IMG/VR virus record: IMGVR_UViG_3300038393_001263
Location: 1-64,000 of that record
DNA length: 64,000 bases
Direction: 5' to 3' (one strand)
Source: a virus
Taxonomy: Duplodnaviria > Caudoviricetes
The notes beneath the pieces were generated by a model that was given only the letters and a program-made list of their open reading frames with translations, ran no database searches and had not been told where the DNA came from. The translations under genes and the position numbers were made by a program. Below, piece after piece: positions 24,279 to 33,641 of the stretch (its first letter is position 1; every line of letters begins with the position of its first letter).

Positions 24279-25250
24279 ATGGATCATCTACGCCGGTCGT
24301 TCGCCGCCACGATGGACGACGCCAATCCTGCGGAACGAACCATCGTCGCGAAGATCAGCGTCGGGGACGTCGATCGGCATCGCACGCTCATCGACTCCAG
24401 GGGCATCGACCTGACGAACTTCCGTCAGAACCCCGTGGTCCTGTTCGAGCACGGGCTCGACCCGACGCGCGGCGCCGTCCCGATCGGACGCTGCCTCTGG
24501 GTTCGCCACGACGGAAGCGGGAACGGCCGGCTGATCGCCAAGACCCAGTTTTCCCGCGATGCCTTTTCGCAGACCCTATTCGACTTCTACCGCGACGGCA
24601 CGATGCGGGGCTGGTCGATCCAGGGCGGGCGAAAGGACGCGAGCCCGCCGACGCGGGAGGAGATCCGCAGGCGTCCCGAACTGGCCGACTGCGAACTGAT
24701 CTACAGATCAATCGATCTATACGAGTACTCGGCCGTGTCAGTGCCGAGCTGCGCCTCGGCCTTGTCGGACCCCGAACTCCGCTCCCTCTCGAAACTCGTC
24801 GTTCGCGGCTTCTGGTCCCCGAGCGAGGAAGTCAAGCCGTTGATCGACAGCCTGTGCGTCGAAGTCGACCCGGAAACGGAAGAGGCCCCCGCCGACGAGA
24901 CGCCCGCCGAGGAAGTCGCGACCGACGCCGAAGTGGCCCGCGACGCGCCGACCGAAGACGTGGTCGAAGCCGTTGTCGAGACCGATCCGGAAACGGCCGA
25001 GCCAGTCGTCGAAGAGACGGTCGAGCGTTCGGCGCCGGAAGCGGAACCGATCGCGGAAGCCTCGCCCGAACCCGAGAAGGAAGTCGAGCCGGAACCCGTC
25101 GTCGAGCCCGCGAAGCCCGAACTGCCGCCGCTCGTCGGCCGGACACTGGAAGAGGTCGTGAAGTCCGCCGTCGATCCGATCGGCGCATTCGAGCGGGCGT
25201 TCGCGGAGAAGATGAAGGATCTCCAGGGCTGGCTTCGCGGCGAAGCTTGA
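24279..25250 (+). CDS. Prohead (capsid maturation) protease with acidic C-terminal extension
   Basis: DRHRTLI, NPVVLFEHG, PIGR, GWSIQG and YEYSAVSVP; Glu/Pro-rich tail. Confidence 0.88.
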   Translation: MDHLRRSFAATMDDANPAERTIVAKISVGDVDRHRTLIDSRGIDLTNFRQNPVVLFEHGLDPTRGAVPIGRCLWVRHDGSGNGRLIAKTQFSRDAFSQTLFDFYRDGTMRGWSIQGGRKDASPPTREEIRRRPELADCELIYRSIDLYEYSAVSVPSCASALSDPELRSLSKLVVRGFWSPSEEVKPLIDSLCVEVDPETEEAPADETPAEEVATDAEVARDAPTEDVVEAVVETDPETAEPVVEETVERSAPEAEPIAEASPEPEKEVEPEPVVEPAKPELPPLVGRTLEEVVKSAVDPIGAFERAFAEKMKDLQGWLRGEA

Positions 25251-25295
25251 TCAGTCGGCGTCATCACGTTCTTTGAAAATCCGAGGCATCGCACC

Positions 25296-26366
25296 ATGTC
25301 AACCGCACCGAGCGGAATCGACGCCGCCGTCCGCCTGTTCGGCGACATCAGCCGGTCCATCGTCGACCGGGACGCGCCGGAAGCCGTCCGTCGCGGCTGG
25401 AACACCTACGGCGGCGGCCCCAACGGCGGGTTCCTGCTCGACACGGATTTGATCGGCGGGATCTTCGACAAGGCCCGCGCGATCGACGGACCGCTGGCGC
25501 GATGCCTGCTCCTGCCGACCACGAAGCATACCGCCGAGTGGCCGGTGTTCGACGAGACCAGCCGCGCGAACGGATCGCGGCTCGGCGGCATCAAGGGCCG
25601 CTGGCAGGGGACGACCGACGACCAGTCGATGACGCCCTACGCCAGCCAGCCGTCGGTCGCGATGAACCAGTTCGTCCCCAAGCGGTTCACGATCCTCTCG
25701 CAGCCGTACTCGCGCGACCTGCTCGAAGACGCCCCGATCGCCGAGGCCGCCCTCGAATACGCGGCCAGACAGGAAGTCCGCTACGAGATCGTCAACGCGA
25801 TGATCAACGGGCAGGGCGCCACCCACCCCTACGGCGTGCTCAACTCGCCCTCCACGATCGCCGTCTCCCGCGCCACGCCGAGCACGATCAGCCAGGCCGA
25901 CGTCGACAACGCGTGGTCCCGCATGTGGGGCTTCAGCCGCCGCAACGCGGTCTGGCTGGCGAACGACGACACGCTGCTCAAGATCGACGCGGTCGCGACG
26001 ACGCTCGGCTGGCCCGCCGCCACCTATCTCCCGCAGGGCGTCGCCGGAAACCCCTATCCCTTGCTCAAGGGACGGCCGCTGCTCCCCTGCGAGCAATGCG
26101 CGGTCCTCGGGTCGACCGGCGATTTGATCCTCGGCGACTGGAGCCAGTACGCCCTGGTCGTCCGCACGGTCGACGACGAGGCGACGCTCTCCTATGCGTC
26201 GCCCGAAGCCTTCATCGAGAAGCGTTCGGCCGACCAGTTCATGTTCGACACGGATTCCATCGTCTTCCGGTTCAAGATCCGGATCGACGGCATGCCGCTC
26301 TGGAAGAAGCCGATCACCATCGCGGACGGTTCCCAGACCGCTTCGCCCTTCGTCGTCATCGCCTGA
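25296..26366 (+). CDS. Major capsid-like protein 1 (HK97 fold, no scaffold domain)
   Basis: NGGFLL, PYGVLNS, LKGRPL, GDLILGDWSQY and FRFKIRIDG. Confidence 0.85.
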   Translation: MSTAPSGIDAAVRLFGDISRSIVDRDAPEAVRRGWNTYGGGPNGGFLLDTDLIGGIFDKARAIDGPLARCLLLPTTKHTAEWPVFDETSRANGSRLGGIKGRWQGTTDDQSMTPYASQPSVAMNQFVPKRFTILSQPYSRDLLEDAPIAEAALEYAARQEVRYEIVNAMINGQGATHPYGVLNSPSTIAVSRATPSTISQADVDNAWSRMWGFSRRNAVWLANDDTLLKIDAVATTLGWPAATYLPQGVAGNPYPLLKGRPLLPCEQCAVLGSTGDLILGDWSQYALVVRTVDDEATLSYASPEAFIEKRSADQFMFDTDSIVFRFKIRIDGMPLWKKPITIADGSQTASPFVVIA

Positions 26367-26529
26367 CGACGCATTTCCCACACGCTCCCCGCGTGCCCTT
26401 CGGTGCGAGTAATCAGGTCTCCCGGTTCGACCCTCCTTCGAGGTGCGGCGGACGTCAGGCGGGCTGGAGATTCACCGCGCTCATGTCCCACCCTTCCCAC
26501 GTCCCACCTCCATCGAGGGTTCCCCGCCC

Positions 26530-27993
26530 ATGTTTATCAAGCTGAAGTCCGACGCTGGCGGCCACAAGGCCGGCGCGGTCATCGAAATCCCGGATGAGGC
26601 CGTCGCTCGCGGCTACATCGCATCCGGTCTCGCCGAAGAGTCGGACCAGAGCGGCCTCGTCGCCAGCCTGGTCGAAGCCCGACTCGGCGCGATCAACGAG
26701 AGCGTCGCCAGCACGCTCGACGAGTTCAAGCGGACGTTCCTCGACAAGACCCCCAGCAACGGCCCCCCGGCCGCGCCGGACAAGGGCGTCGAGTTCGACG
26801 GCGAGATCGAAGGGACCGAGTCGCCCTCCGATCGCGGGGTCGACGGCAAGAACGTCTCTCGCGGCCTCGGCGAGATCCTGCAACTGATCGCCCGGACCAG
26901 CATCCACCAGCCCCAGGCCGATCGCGAGCACGCCGACGAACGGCTCGTCCGGCACTTCGAGTTGCCGAAGGTCAAGAACTCGGAAGGCGTGGTCTCCCGA
27001 ACCGGCACCGAGTCGATGAGCGGAGGCGCGACCTACGGCTACTTCATCAAGCCGGAAATCCTGAGCGGGTACTTCGAGATCGCGATGGAAGACTCGCTGA
27101 TCGAGCCGTACGCGTTCAACGTCCCGGTCGGAACGACCAACGAGGTGAACTGGCCGGCCCTCGACCAGTATTTCACCCCGACCGCCGGGCAGTCGGCGGC
27201 GACGGCCGGCGTCCAGGTCTATCGCAAGAGCGAGATCCGCCAGCGGCAGGCGTCCGACGCCAAACTGCGGAACATCACGCTCAAGATCAACGACCTGACC
27301 GCATTCACGAGCGTTTCCCGCGACCTCGTGGCCGACAACTACATCGCGATCACGACCCTGCTGCCGAGCCTCTTCATGAAGGCCATGGCCTTCACGAAGG
27401 ACTACGAGTTCCTGAACGCCCAGGGCGGCGACCGCCCGATCGGGCTCCGCAACAGCGCGGCCCTGCTGACCGTCAATCGTGGAACGGCGAGCCACATCTA
27501 CTTCCCGGACCTGCTCAAGATGCTCAGCATCTTCGACCAGAGCCGGCTCAAGAGCGCGATGTGGATCGCCCACCAGTCGACCTACACCGAACTGGCCGCG
27601 ATCAAGGATTCGTCCGGAACTTTCGCGTTCCAGCCGAACGCCCTCATCACCCAGGCCGCGATGTTCTCCGCGATCAGCGGGACGAAGTCGGGCGGGATGA
27701 ACTTCGCCGCGCAGGGAACCCTGCACGGCCTGCCGATCCGGTTCACCAGCGACAAGCTGGAAATCCTCGGCACGGCGGGCGACCTGATGCTGATCGACCC
27801 CAGCCAGTACGGCGTCGCCAACCGCTCGGGGATCGAGGTCGGCGTCAGCGATCAGTTCCTCTTCGACCAGGACCAGCTTTGCTACAAGTGGAAGCTCCGC
27901 AACGACGGGCAGTCGCTCTGGTCCGGTCCTCGCCTGTCGACGACCCCGGCCGGCGGCCTGTTCAAGACCTCGCCGTTCGTCACCCTCGTCTGA
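26530..27993 (+). CDS. Major capsid protein 2 (HK97 fold with N-terminal scaffold-like region)
   Basis: YGYFIKPE, PIGLRNS, TLHGLPI, GDLMLIDPSQY and WKLRNDG; about 150-aa N-terminal extension. Confidence 0.9.
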   Translation: MFIKLKSDAGGHKAGAVIEIPDEAVARGYIASGLAEESDQSGLVASLVEARLGAINESVASTLDEFKRTFLDKTPSNGPPAAPDKGVEFDGEIEGTESPSDRGVDGKNVSRGLGEILQLIARTSIHQPQADREHADERLVRHFELPKVKNSEGVVSRTGTESMSGGATYGYFIKPEILSGYFEIAMEDSLIEPYAFNVPVGTTNEVNWPALDQYFTPTAGQSAATAGVQVYRKSEIRQRQASDAKLRNITLKINDLTAFTSVSRDLVADNYIAITTLLPSLFMKAMAFTKDYEFLNAQGGDRPIGLRNSAALLTVNRGTASHIYFPDLLKMLSIFDQSRLKSAMWIAHQSTYTELAAIKDSSGTFAFQPNALITQAAMFSAISGTKSGGMNFAAQGTLHGLPIRFTSDKLEILGTAGDLMLIDPSQYGVANRSGIEVGVSDQFLFDQDQLCYKWKLRNDGQSLWSGPRLSTTPAGGLFKTSPFVTLV

Positions 27994-28018
27994 TCACTCA
28001 TCCCGGAGGTTTACCCTA

Positions 28019-28477
28019 ATGTTCGCATCTCGCAAGTTCCGGGACGTGTTCAGCGAGCTGAACGCCGGACTCTCGCCCGCCGTCTATGCGGCCGGCTCCT
28101 CGATCGGCTCGGCCATCCCCATGACCGGCCGAAGCAAGATCGCCTTCCACCTGGACATGGGTTCGGGCGGGGCGGCCTCGGTCCAGATGTTGATCTACGC
28201 CGCGCCGACCTCGGCCGGCACCGGGTCGATTCTCGTCGGCTCGACCGGGCTGGCGTACGCCTCGGCGACGTCGGCCTCGGGCGGAACCTACGTCACGGAA
28301 GTCCGGGGCGAATACCTCGGCGACCGTAGCGCGGGCACGTGGGTCTTCCCGGTCCTGTCAGTGTCGGGTGCTTCGGTCGTCGCCGCCGTCCACGCCAATG
28401 GTTTCGTTGAGCGTTACACCCCGGCGTACAACCAGGACACGCCCGCCTACGTCAAAGGCGAAACCTTGCTATATTGA
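28019..28477 (+). CDS. Putative capsid decoration protein
   Basis: Beta-rich, Gly/Ser/Ala-rich protein directly after the capsid gene; GGAGG upstream. Confidence 0.55.
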   Translation: MFASRKFRDVFSELNAGLSPAVYAAGSSIGSAIPMTGRSKIAFHLDMGSGGAASVQMLIYAAPTSAGTGSILVGSTGLAYASATSASGGTYVTEVRGEYLGDRSAGTWVFPVLSVSGASVVAAVHANGFVERYTPAYNQDTPAYVKGETLLY

Positions 28478-28595
28478 TTAGCTTCCATCATTAGTTTACA
28501 ATGATGGTTGTCAATGAAATGCCGAAGCTGATCCCTTCGGTTTAGGTGCCAGGTCGAGTGGTCGGCCTGGCACCGCCCTTACCACTGAGGAAGAT

Positions 28596-29255
28596 ATGGC
28601 CCTGTTGCCGCTCTACCGCAGGATTGGAACTATTTCCAACCGGTACGCCAAATTCCCAGAAGACTACGAAATAGCCGGGCATTCCCAGATCGACGACGAC
28701 GCAGCCGAACTCGAAGAGATCCAAAAAAGAAGATGGCTTCTTGCCGAAGCCAAAGGCGTCAGCGTCAAGTACGGACGATCGTTTGAGCGCATAGATGGCA
28801 AGTATAAGTCCGTGTTGCTTCATAGGCTTGTGTGGACTCTGCGTCGGGGTTTGATTCCTCGAAACATGGTGATCGATCACATCAATCACGACGGTCTTGA
28901 CAACAGAATTGCCAATCTGCGGGTCGTCACCCAGGCCGACAACAGCAAGCATTGCCGCCTCCAGTCGAACAGCAAATCCGGGTACATCGGCGTTGATTCG
29001 GCAAAGCACCGCTCGCACCTGTATAACTGCCATTCGGCCTACATTTGTCCCAACGCCAAAAAGAAATCCCTTGGATGTTACCCGACTCCGCAGGAGGCTG
29101 CGGTCGCCCGAGACATCGCCGCGTCAATCCTCTATGCCGAATTCTTCGTATCCAACGACATCCCCAAAACGGAAGTCTCGGTGGAGCGGCGAGAGGAAAT
29201 ACGCATGGTCGTCGAGAAGCATCTGAGAAGGCACTCGCTGATCGCATCGTCCTGA
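28596..29255 (+). CDS. HNH homing endonuclease with AP2 domain
   Basis: IDHINHDGLDNRIANLRVVT..DN; SGYIGV...SLGCYPTPQEAAVARD; lower GC. Confidence 0.88.
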   Translation: MALLPLYRRIGTISNRYAKFPEDYEIAGHSQIDDDAAELEEIQKRRWLLAEAKGVSVKYGRSFERIDGKYKSVLLHRLVWTLRRGLIPRNMVIDHINHDGLDNRIANLRVVTQADNSKHCRLQSNSKSGYIGVDSAKHRSHLYNCHSAYICPNAKKKSLGCYPTPQEAAVARDIAASILYAEFFVSNDIPKTEVSVERREEIRMVVEKHLRRHSLIASS

Positions 29256-29286
29256 TCGGCATTCCCTTCCCTCTTGAGAGCCCCTT

Positions 29287-30252
29287 ATGCATCCGAAGCT
29301 CACGGTCGGCGTCCCGCACCTGGACCGCACCGAATTCCTCGGCAAGACGATCGACTGCCTGCTGAATCAGGTGGTCCCCTGCAAGATCCTCGTCGCGGAC
29401 CAGGGCAAGACCGACGCCACGTTCGAGCTGATGCAGACCTACAAGGACAATCCGCTCGTCTCCCACGTTCCCACCGAGGCCACGTGCCTCTGGGAGAACT
29501 GGCAGGCCGCCGCCGACTCCGCGATGGAGGACGGGGCCGAATACTTCGCGTGGTGCCAGGACGACGACATCGTCCACCCGCGCTATTCCGAGCGGATCGT
29601 CGCCGCCTTCGACACCTTCCCTGACGCCTCGACGTGGACGGCCGTCCTGTCGATCGCCGAATACGAACACCTGGCCATGTGGTGGACCGGCGTCGGGCCT
29701 CCGATCCCGATGGATCTGCTCCGCAATCGGCCTACCGTCATTGACGGGATGATGCTCGTCCCCTTCTCGTACTGCTCCAGTTGGGCCTTGTCGCCGGCCG
29801 CCGCGTTCCGTTGCGGCGAGGGTTTCAGGGAAGCCCTCCGCGAAGTGCCGACGCACTGCGACCTGTACACCGAGCGGACGATCCTCGCGGCGATGGGCCG
29901 CAAGGGCAAGGTCGTGTGCGACCCCGTCCGCATCGGCTACTGGCGACACCACGGCAAGAACGAATCCTACCGCCAGAACCTCGTCGAGAGGCCCCGGCAG
30001 CAGGAAGCGTTCCTCGAATACACCGACCGGCTGATGGACGACCTGCCGAACTGGCGCGACCAGTTCGAGGAATGGGCGAAGATCATGCCGAACCCGAGTC
30101 TTCGCGGCTACCTGGCGAGCATGGAAGGCTTGGAGTCGAGATACATCTACGCGGTGGCCGATTGCCTTACGCGATCGATGCGAGAAGAACGGCTATACGA
30201 CGATCTCAGGGCCGAGATGTTTCCGGAGCTGGACGCTCCTCTGGTGGTTTAG
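29287..30252 (+). CDS. Glycosyltransferase family 2 (GT-A)
   Basis: LTVGVPHLDR..FLGKTIDCLLNQ, ILVADQG and WCQDDD (DxD). Confidence 0.85.
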   Translation: MHPKLTVGVPHLDRTEFLGKTIDCLLNQVVPCKILVADQGKTDATFELMQTYKDNPLVSHVPTEATCLWENWQAAADSAMEDGAEYFAWCQDDDIVHPRYSERIVAAFDTFPDASTWTAVLSIAEYEHLAMWWTGVGPPIPMDLLRNRPTVIDGMMLVPFSYCSSWALSPAAAFRCGEGFREALREVPTHCDLYTERTILAAMGRKGKVVCDPVRIGYWRHHGKNESYRQNLVERPRQQEAFLEYTDRLMDDLPNWRDQFEEWAKIMPNPSLRGYLASMEGLESRYIYAVADCLTRSMREERLYDDLRAEMFPELDAPLVV

Positions 30253-30448
30253 GCTCCCAGAGGACGCAGCCAAAATCCTCGTGCACGCAAAGCGACGCCC
30301 TTGCGTTTGGCGCTTCATGCAAGATGATTACGGCTAATCCCTTGGGAACAGGGCGTTTTTCGTCGCCGATCATGCCACAGAATCCTTCCTCTTGACAATA
30401 GGTGCTTCGATAGAAACACCTGCACGTCCCGCATCTTTTTTCAGCCAT
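30206..30448 (-). CDS. Small Cys-rich protein (tandem paralog 3)
   Basis: KRCGTCRCF...HEDFGCVLWEPK. Confidence 0.65.
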   Translation of the reverse strand: MAEKRCGTCRCFYRSTYCQEEGFCGMIGDEKRPVPKGLAVIILHEAPNARASLCVHEDFGCVLWEPKPPEERPAPETSRP

Positions 30449-30704
30449 TCTTGGACTCCCACAAGACGCAGCCGAATTCGGGGCGTACGTTCAGCGATGC
30501 CGAATAGTCTTCGATGTCGGTCGTGAAGGCAAGGCAATCGGGCTCGGGCTTGTTTTCGTGGTCATACGGAAGCCTATTGAGTTTGATCGCCCGGCATTTC
30601 CCGAAGGCGTATCGATCGCCGGGCTCCATGATGTCTGCTCTCATGAAGTCCTTCCTGAGAAGGCCGCCGAACCATTTGCACGTCCCGCATAGCTTGTCAG
30701 TCAT
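30441..30704 (-). CDS. Small Cys-rich protein (tandem paralog 2)
   Basis: KLCGTCKWF...RPEFGCVLWESK. Confidence 0.7.
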   Translation of the reverse strand: MTDKLCGTCKWFGGLLRKDFMRADIMEPGDRYAFGKCRAIKLNRLPYDHENKPEPDCLAFTTDIEDYSASLNVRPEFGCVLWESKNG

Positions 30705-30933
30705 TCTTCTGCTCCCACAAGACACACCCGAAGTCGCGTTTGCACACCAAGTCCGACCGTTCTCTGCTGATCGTGTAGACGATACGGTCAAAAAAATCAT
30801 CAAACGGCTCGTGTTCCATGACGTCGTATTGATCTATATTGCCGATCCGCTTACAGAAACCCCAAGTGGCCGGCGGCTGATAGTCTTCGTTCTTGGTCTC
30901 GTAGTGTTTGCACGTCCCGCATAACTTCTCCAT
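30697..30933 (-). CDS. Small Cys-rich protein (tandem paralog 1)
   Basis: KLCGTCKHY...KRDFGCVLWEQK. Confidence 0.7.
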   Translation of the reverse strand: MEKLCGTCKHYETKNEDYQPPATWGFCKRIGNIDQYDVMEHEPFDDFFDRIVYTISRERSDLVCKRDFGCVLWEQKND

Positions 30934-32612
30934 CACTTTCCCACCTCCTTCAACTCGGGCAGCCTCTCGAACAACTGACTCTCCAGTTCCGCCTTCTCGT
31001 CCAGCAACTTGTTGAACCAGTCGGCCCGATTGCGGTAGTGGCCGGCGAGCATGCGGTTGTTGACGATGTTCGTATAGGCCGACTCGGCGGTGCCGCTGCG
31101 GACATGGTGATCCAAAGCATAGCGGATCATCATCTCGGGGTGTCCCGTTCCCAAATTGAGTACGGTGCGATCCCCGAGAATCCACGGGTCGCGGTCGTTT
31201 CTTAGCACCGCCACGCCCTCTGCCCCGCACTCGATCTGAGTGATGTCGCTCTTGCACCGATTGAGCCGCGTGTCGCCAAGGGCCAAAATCGCCACGTCGC
31301 ACGTTCTTAGCAACGCCCGGTATTTCTCGTAGGGCTGGAACGCATAGAACGTCTTATGCTTCGTCTCAAGGGCGTCGTAGAGATCCCGGTCATGAACGAC
31401 GACGAAGTGGCACCGATCGGGGCGTCCGGCGACAACCTCGTTGACGATCTTGACGACGTCCCCCCAGTCCTCACGCTTCCGTTGCCCTCCCATATAGATG
31501 CGGACGACGTCGGATTCGACGTACTCTCGTTTTGGTCCGATGGCCTTGATCTGATTCGGGAACACCGCGACATTCGGGTTGATCGGACGGACGAGTTCGG
31601 CGATCGCCTCGGTGCTGACGCTGATCGCGTGGCAAGCCTTCAACGCCCATTCGACGCTCGGAACCTTGAGCTTGCTTCGGAACCCTTCGTACCACGGGTC
31701 GTCGTCCCACTCGCCGACGATGAGGCAGCCGTCCTTCAGATGCTTTCGCACGGCTTCCTCTGCGATATTGAAGCGTTGGCGTACAACGACTACGGCTTCC
31801 CCCGGCTCGACCTCTGTCGGGACTTCCGAATAACGGAATCCGGGAATGGTCGCGAGGAATTGACCGGGTTCGGTGAGACGCGGGCGGGCGCAGCAGGCTT
31901 CGGCGGTGAAGCCACGAATGAGGATGCGTCGGGAAACTGGATCCGCCTTGAACCCGTGAATGATCCACTGGTACGCCTGGCACCCCTCGCGGAACTTCGC
32001 GACGTCGGGAGCAAGGCCGAACTGCTTGACCGCGTCGATCAAGACCGAGCCGCCTGGGTCCAGATTACGCGGGACGATCTTGGCGACGCTTAGGCCAGCC
32101 GCCTCGAACATGTCGATCAGCGACTTCTTCGTGAACCAGCGGAGATGAGTCCGGTCGAAAGTCCCGGAGTCCATCAGAGGCCATTCGCCGTGCAGCAGCG
32201 CGGTGATCGCCCGCCAGTGCTGGATGTTCGGCACGCAGGCGACGATGGAACCGCCGTCGGCCAAATAGTTGTCGACGCAGGCTTTCAGGACCGCGTGTGG
32301 ATCTCGCAAGTGTTCTAGGACATCGCCAAACGCCAAGGCGTCGAATCGCTCGTCATCGTCGCAGCCGTATTCGTCGAGAAACCGTTCGATCGGCAGCGAG
32401 TAGACCGACGACAATCGGCCGCTCTTTTCAGCCTCGGTCGCCGCCTCATAGTTCGCCTCGACCCCGATGTAATGGCACTTCGGATTGATGAGGCGATACC
32501 TCGCCGCCAGCGCCCCGGTTCCGCATCCGACCTCCAGAACGCGTTTCGCGTCGGGCGGCAGCATGGCGAGAAGGTCGAAATTCACGTTGTTGTAATAGTC
32601 GGGGACGGCCAT
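30933..32612 (-). CDS. Class I SAM methyltransferase fused to a glycosyltransferase (GT-B/GT4-like) domain
   Basis: VLEVGCGTG, FGDVLEHLRDP, VACVPN and DRTHLRWFT; C-terminal GEWDDD, VFPNQI, CDVAILAL..RLNRCKSDI..IECGA. Confidence 0.85.
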   Translation of the reverse strand: MAVPDYYNNVNFDLLAMLPPDAKRVLEVGCGTGALAARYRLINPKCHYIGVEANYEAATEAEKSGRLSSVYSLPIERFLDEYGCDDDERFDALAFGDVLEHLRDPHAVLKACVDNYLADGGSIVACVPNIQHWRAITALLHGEWPLMDSGTFDRTHLRWFTKKSLIDMFEAAGLSVAKIVPRNLDPGGSVLIDAVKQFGLAPDVAKFREGCQAYQWIIHGFKADPVSRRILIRGFTAEACCARPRLTEPGQFLATIPGFRYSEVPTEVEPGEAVVVVRQRFNIAEEAVRKHLKDGCLIVGEWDDDPWYEGFRSKLKVPSVEWALKACHAISVSTEAIAELVRPINPNVAVFPNQIKAIGPKREYVESDVVRIYMGGQRKREDWGDVVKIVNEVVAGRPDRCHFVVVHDRDLYDALETKHKTFYAFQPYEKYRALLRTCDVAILALGDTRLNRCKSDITQIECGAEGVAVLRNDRDPWILGDRTVLNLGTGHPEMMIRYALDHHVRSGTAESAYTNIVNNRMLAGHYRNRADWFNKLLDEKAELESQLFERLPELKEVGK

Positions 32613-32653
32613 TTTTTCCTCGCTCTGTTGACGGCTGAAAGACACGGCCAACA

Positions 32654-32682
32654 ACAATATCAAACGGCAATGATTTTTGCAA
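32654..32682 (-). promoter_or_regulatory. Putative sigma70 promoter for the minus-strand glycosylation cassette
   Basis: Minus-strand TTGCAA-N17-TATTGT, 42 nt upstream of ATG 32612; the spacer holds ATCATTGC. Confidence 0.5.
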
Positions 32683-32695
32683 GTGGAGCCGCCTC

Positions 32696-32938
32696 GTGGA
32701 CCTACGCTGCACCATCACCCCCGTCCCCGGAGCGGTGAGCATCCCGTTCGCCGAGGACTTCCTCGTGTCGGTGAAGTTCATCGACTCGGAGACCGGCGCG
32801 GTCGTCGGTGATTACTCGGGCGACAAGGCCGTTCTTGTCTCCACGCTGCTCGCCTCGATGCCGGCCGAAGTCCTCGCCCAACTCGTGAACGAGACCGCCG
32901 TGAGAATGGTCGCTATCGCAAGAGGCGTTCCCATGTAG
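32696..32938 (+). CDS. Hypothetical (virion-associated?) protein
   Basis: GTG start; phage codon usage; lies in the structural region. Confidence 0.5.
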   Translation: MDLRCTITPVPGAVSIPFAEDFLVSVKFIDSETGAVVGDYSGDKAVLVSTLLASMPAEVLAQLVNETAVRMVAIARGVPM

Positions 32939-33026
32939 TGGTTGTTCGACTCGACAAAATCAATGACATTTGGTATTGTCATCAACCAGTGACGATCATC
33001 AAATGCCTTGGATTTTGGAGAGACGA

Positions 33027-33641
33027 ATGGGCAAGTTGGGGGCCGATGTGGCCGGGCAGAGGTTCGGTCGACTTACTGCAATTGAAAAGGTTCGCAATAA
33101 AAGAAACGAGCCGGCGTGGCGATGCGTCTGCGACTGCGGCAAGGAGAAGATTGCCGTTGTTCACAAGTTGACTTCCGGCCACACGGTCTCCTGCGGTTGC
33201 GCTCGGACGAAGCACGGGACGAGCCATACACGCGCGTATGAAGCGATCAAGAACGCCATTAAACGGTGTTCCAATCCAGATACGCCGGGATGGGATCGCT
33301 ACGGCGGACGAGGGATCACAGTCTGCGAAAGATGGCTCCGTGATCCCGCCGCGTTTGTGGCTGACATGGGCGAACCGAAGGAAGGCTTCACCCTTGAAAG
33401 ACTCGACGTTCACAAGGGCTACGAACCTGGAAACTGCGTCTGGGCTACAAGGCAAGACCAAGCCAGAAACAGAGAAAACACTCTGATGGTCTCGTTCCGC
33501 AACGAGACCAAAAGCCTGGCCGAGTGGGCCGACATTCTGAATGTTCGCTACCTCACGCTCTACAAGAGGCTAGGGCGAGGCTGGAGCGTCGAACAGGCGT
33601 TCACGATCCCAATGGGTCAACGACTGAAAAGGATCGAGTAG
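33027..33641 (+). CDS. HNH-type homing endonuclease
   Basis: GQRFGRLTAIE, WRCVCDCG, SCGC, RYGGRGITVCERW and TLERLDVHKGYEPGNCVWAT..QARN; lower GC. Confidence 0.88.
   Translation: MGKLGADVAGQRFGRLTAIEKVRNKRNEPAWRCVCDCGKEKIAVVHKLTSGHTVSCGCARTKHGTSHTRAYEAIKNAIKRCSNPDTPGWDRYGGRGITVCERWLRDPAAFVADMGEPKEGFTLERLDVHKGYEPGNCVWATRQDQARNRENTLMVSFRNETKSLAEWADILNVRYLTLYKRLGRGWSVEQAFTIPMGQRLKRIE

Noticed and set aside
26396-26450. GGTTCGACCC as a possible tRNA T-loop between the capsid genes
   Set aside because: No paired T-stem or acceptor stem could be built.
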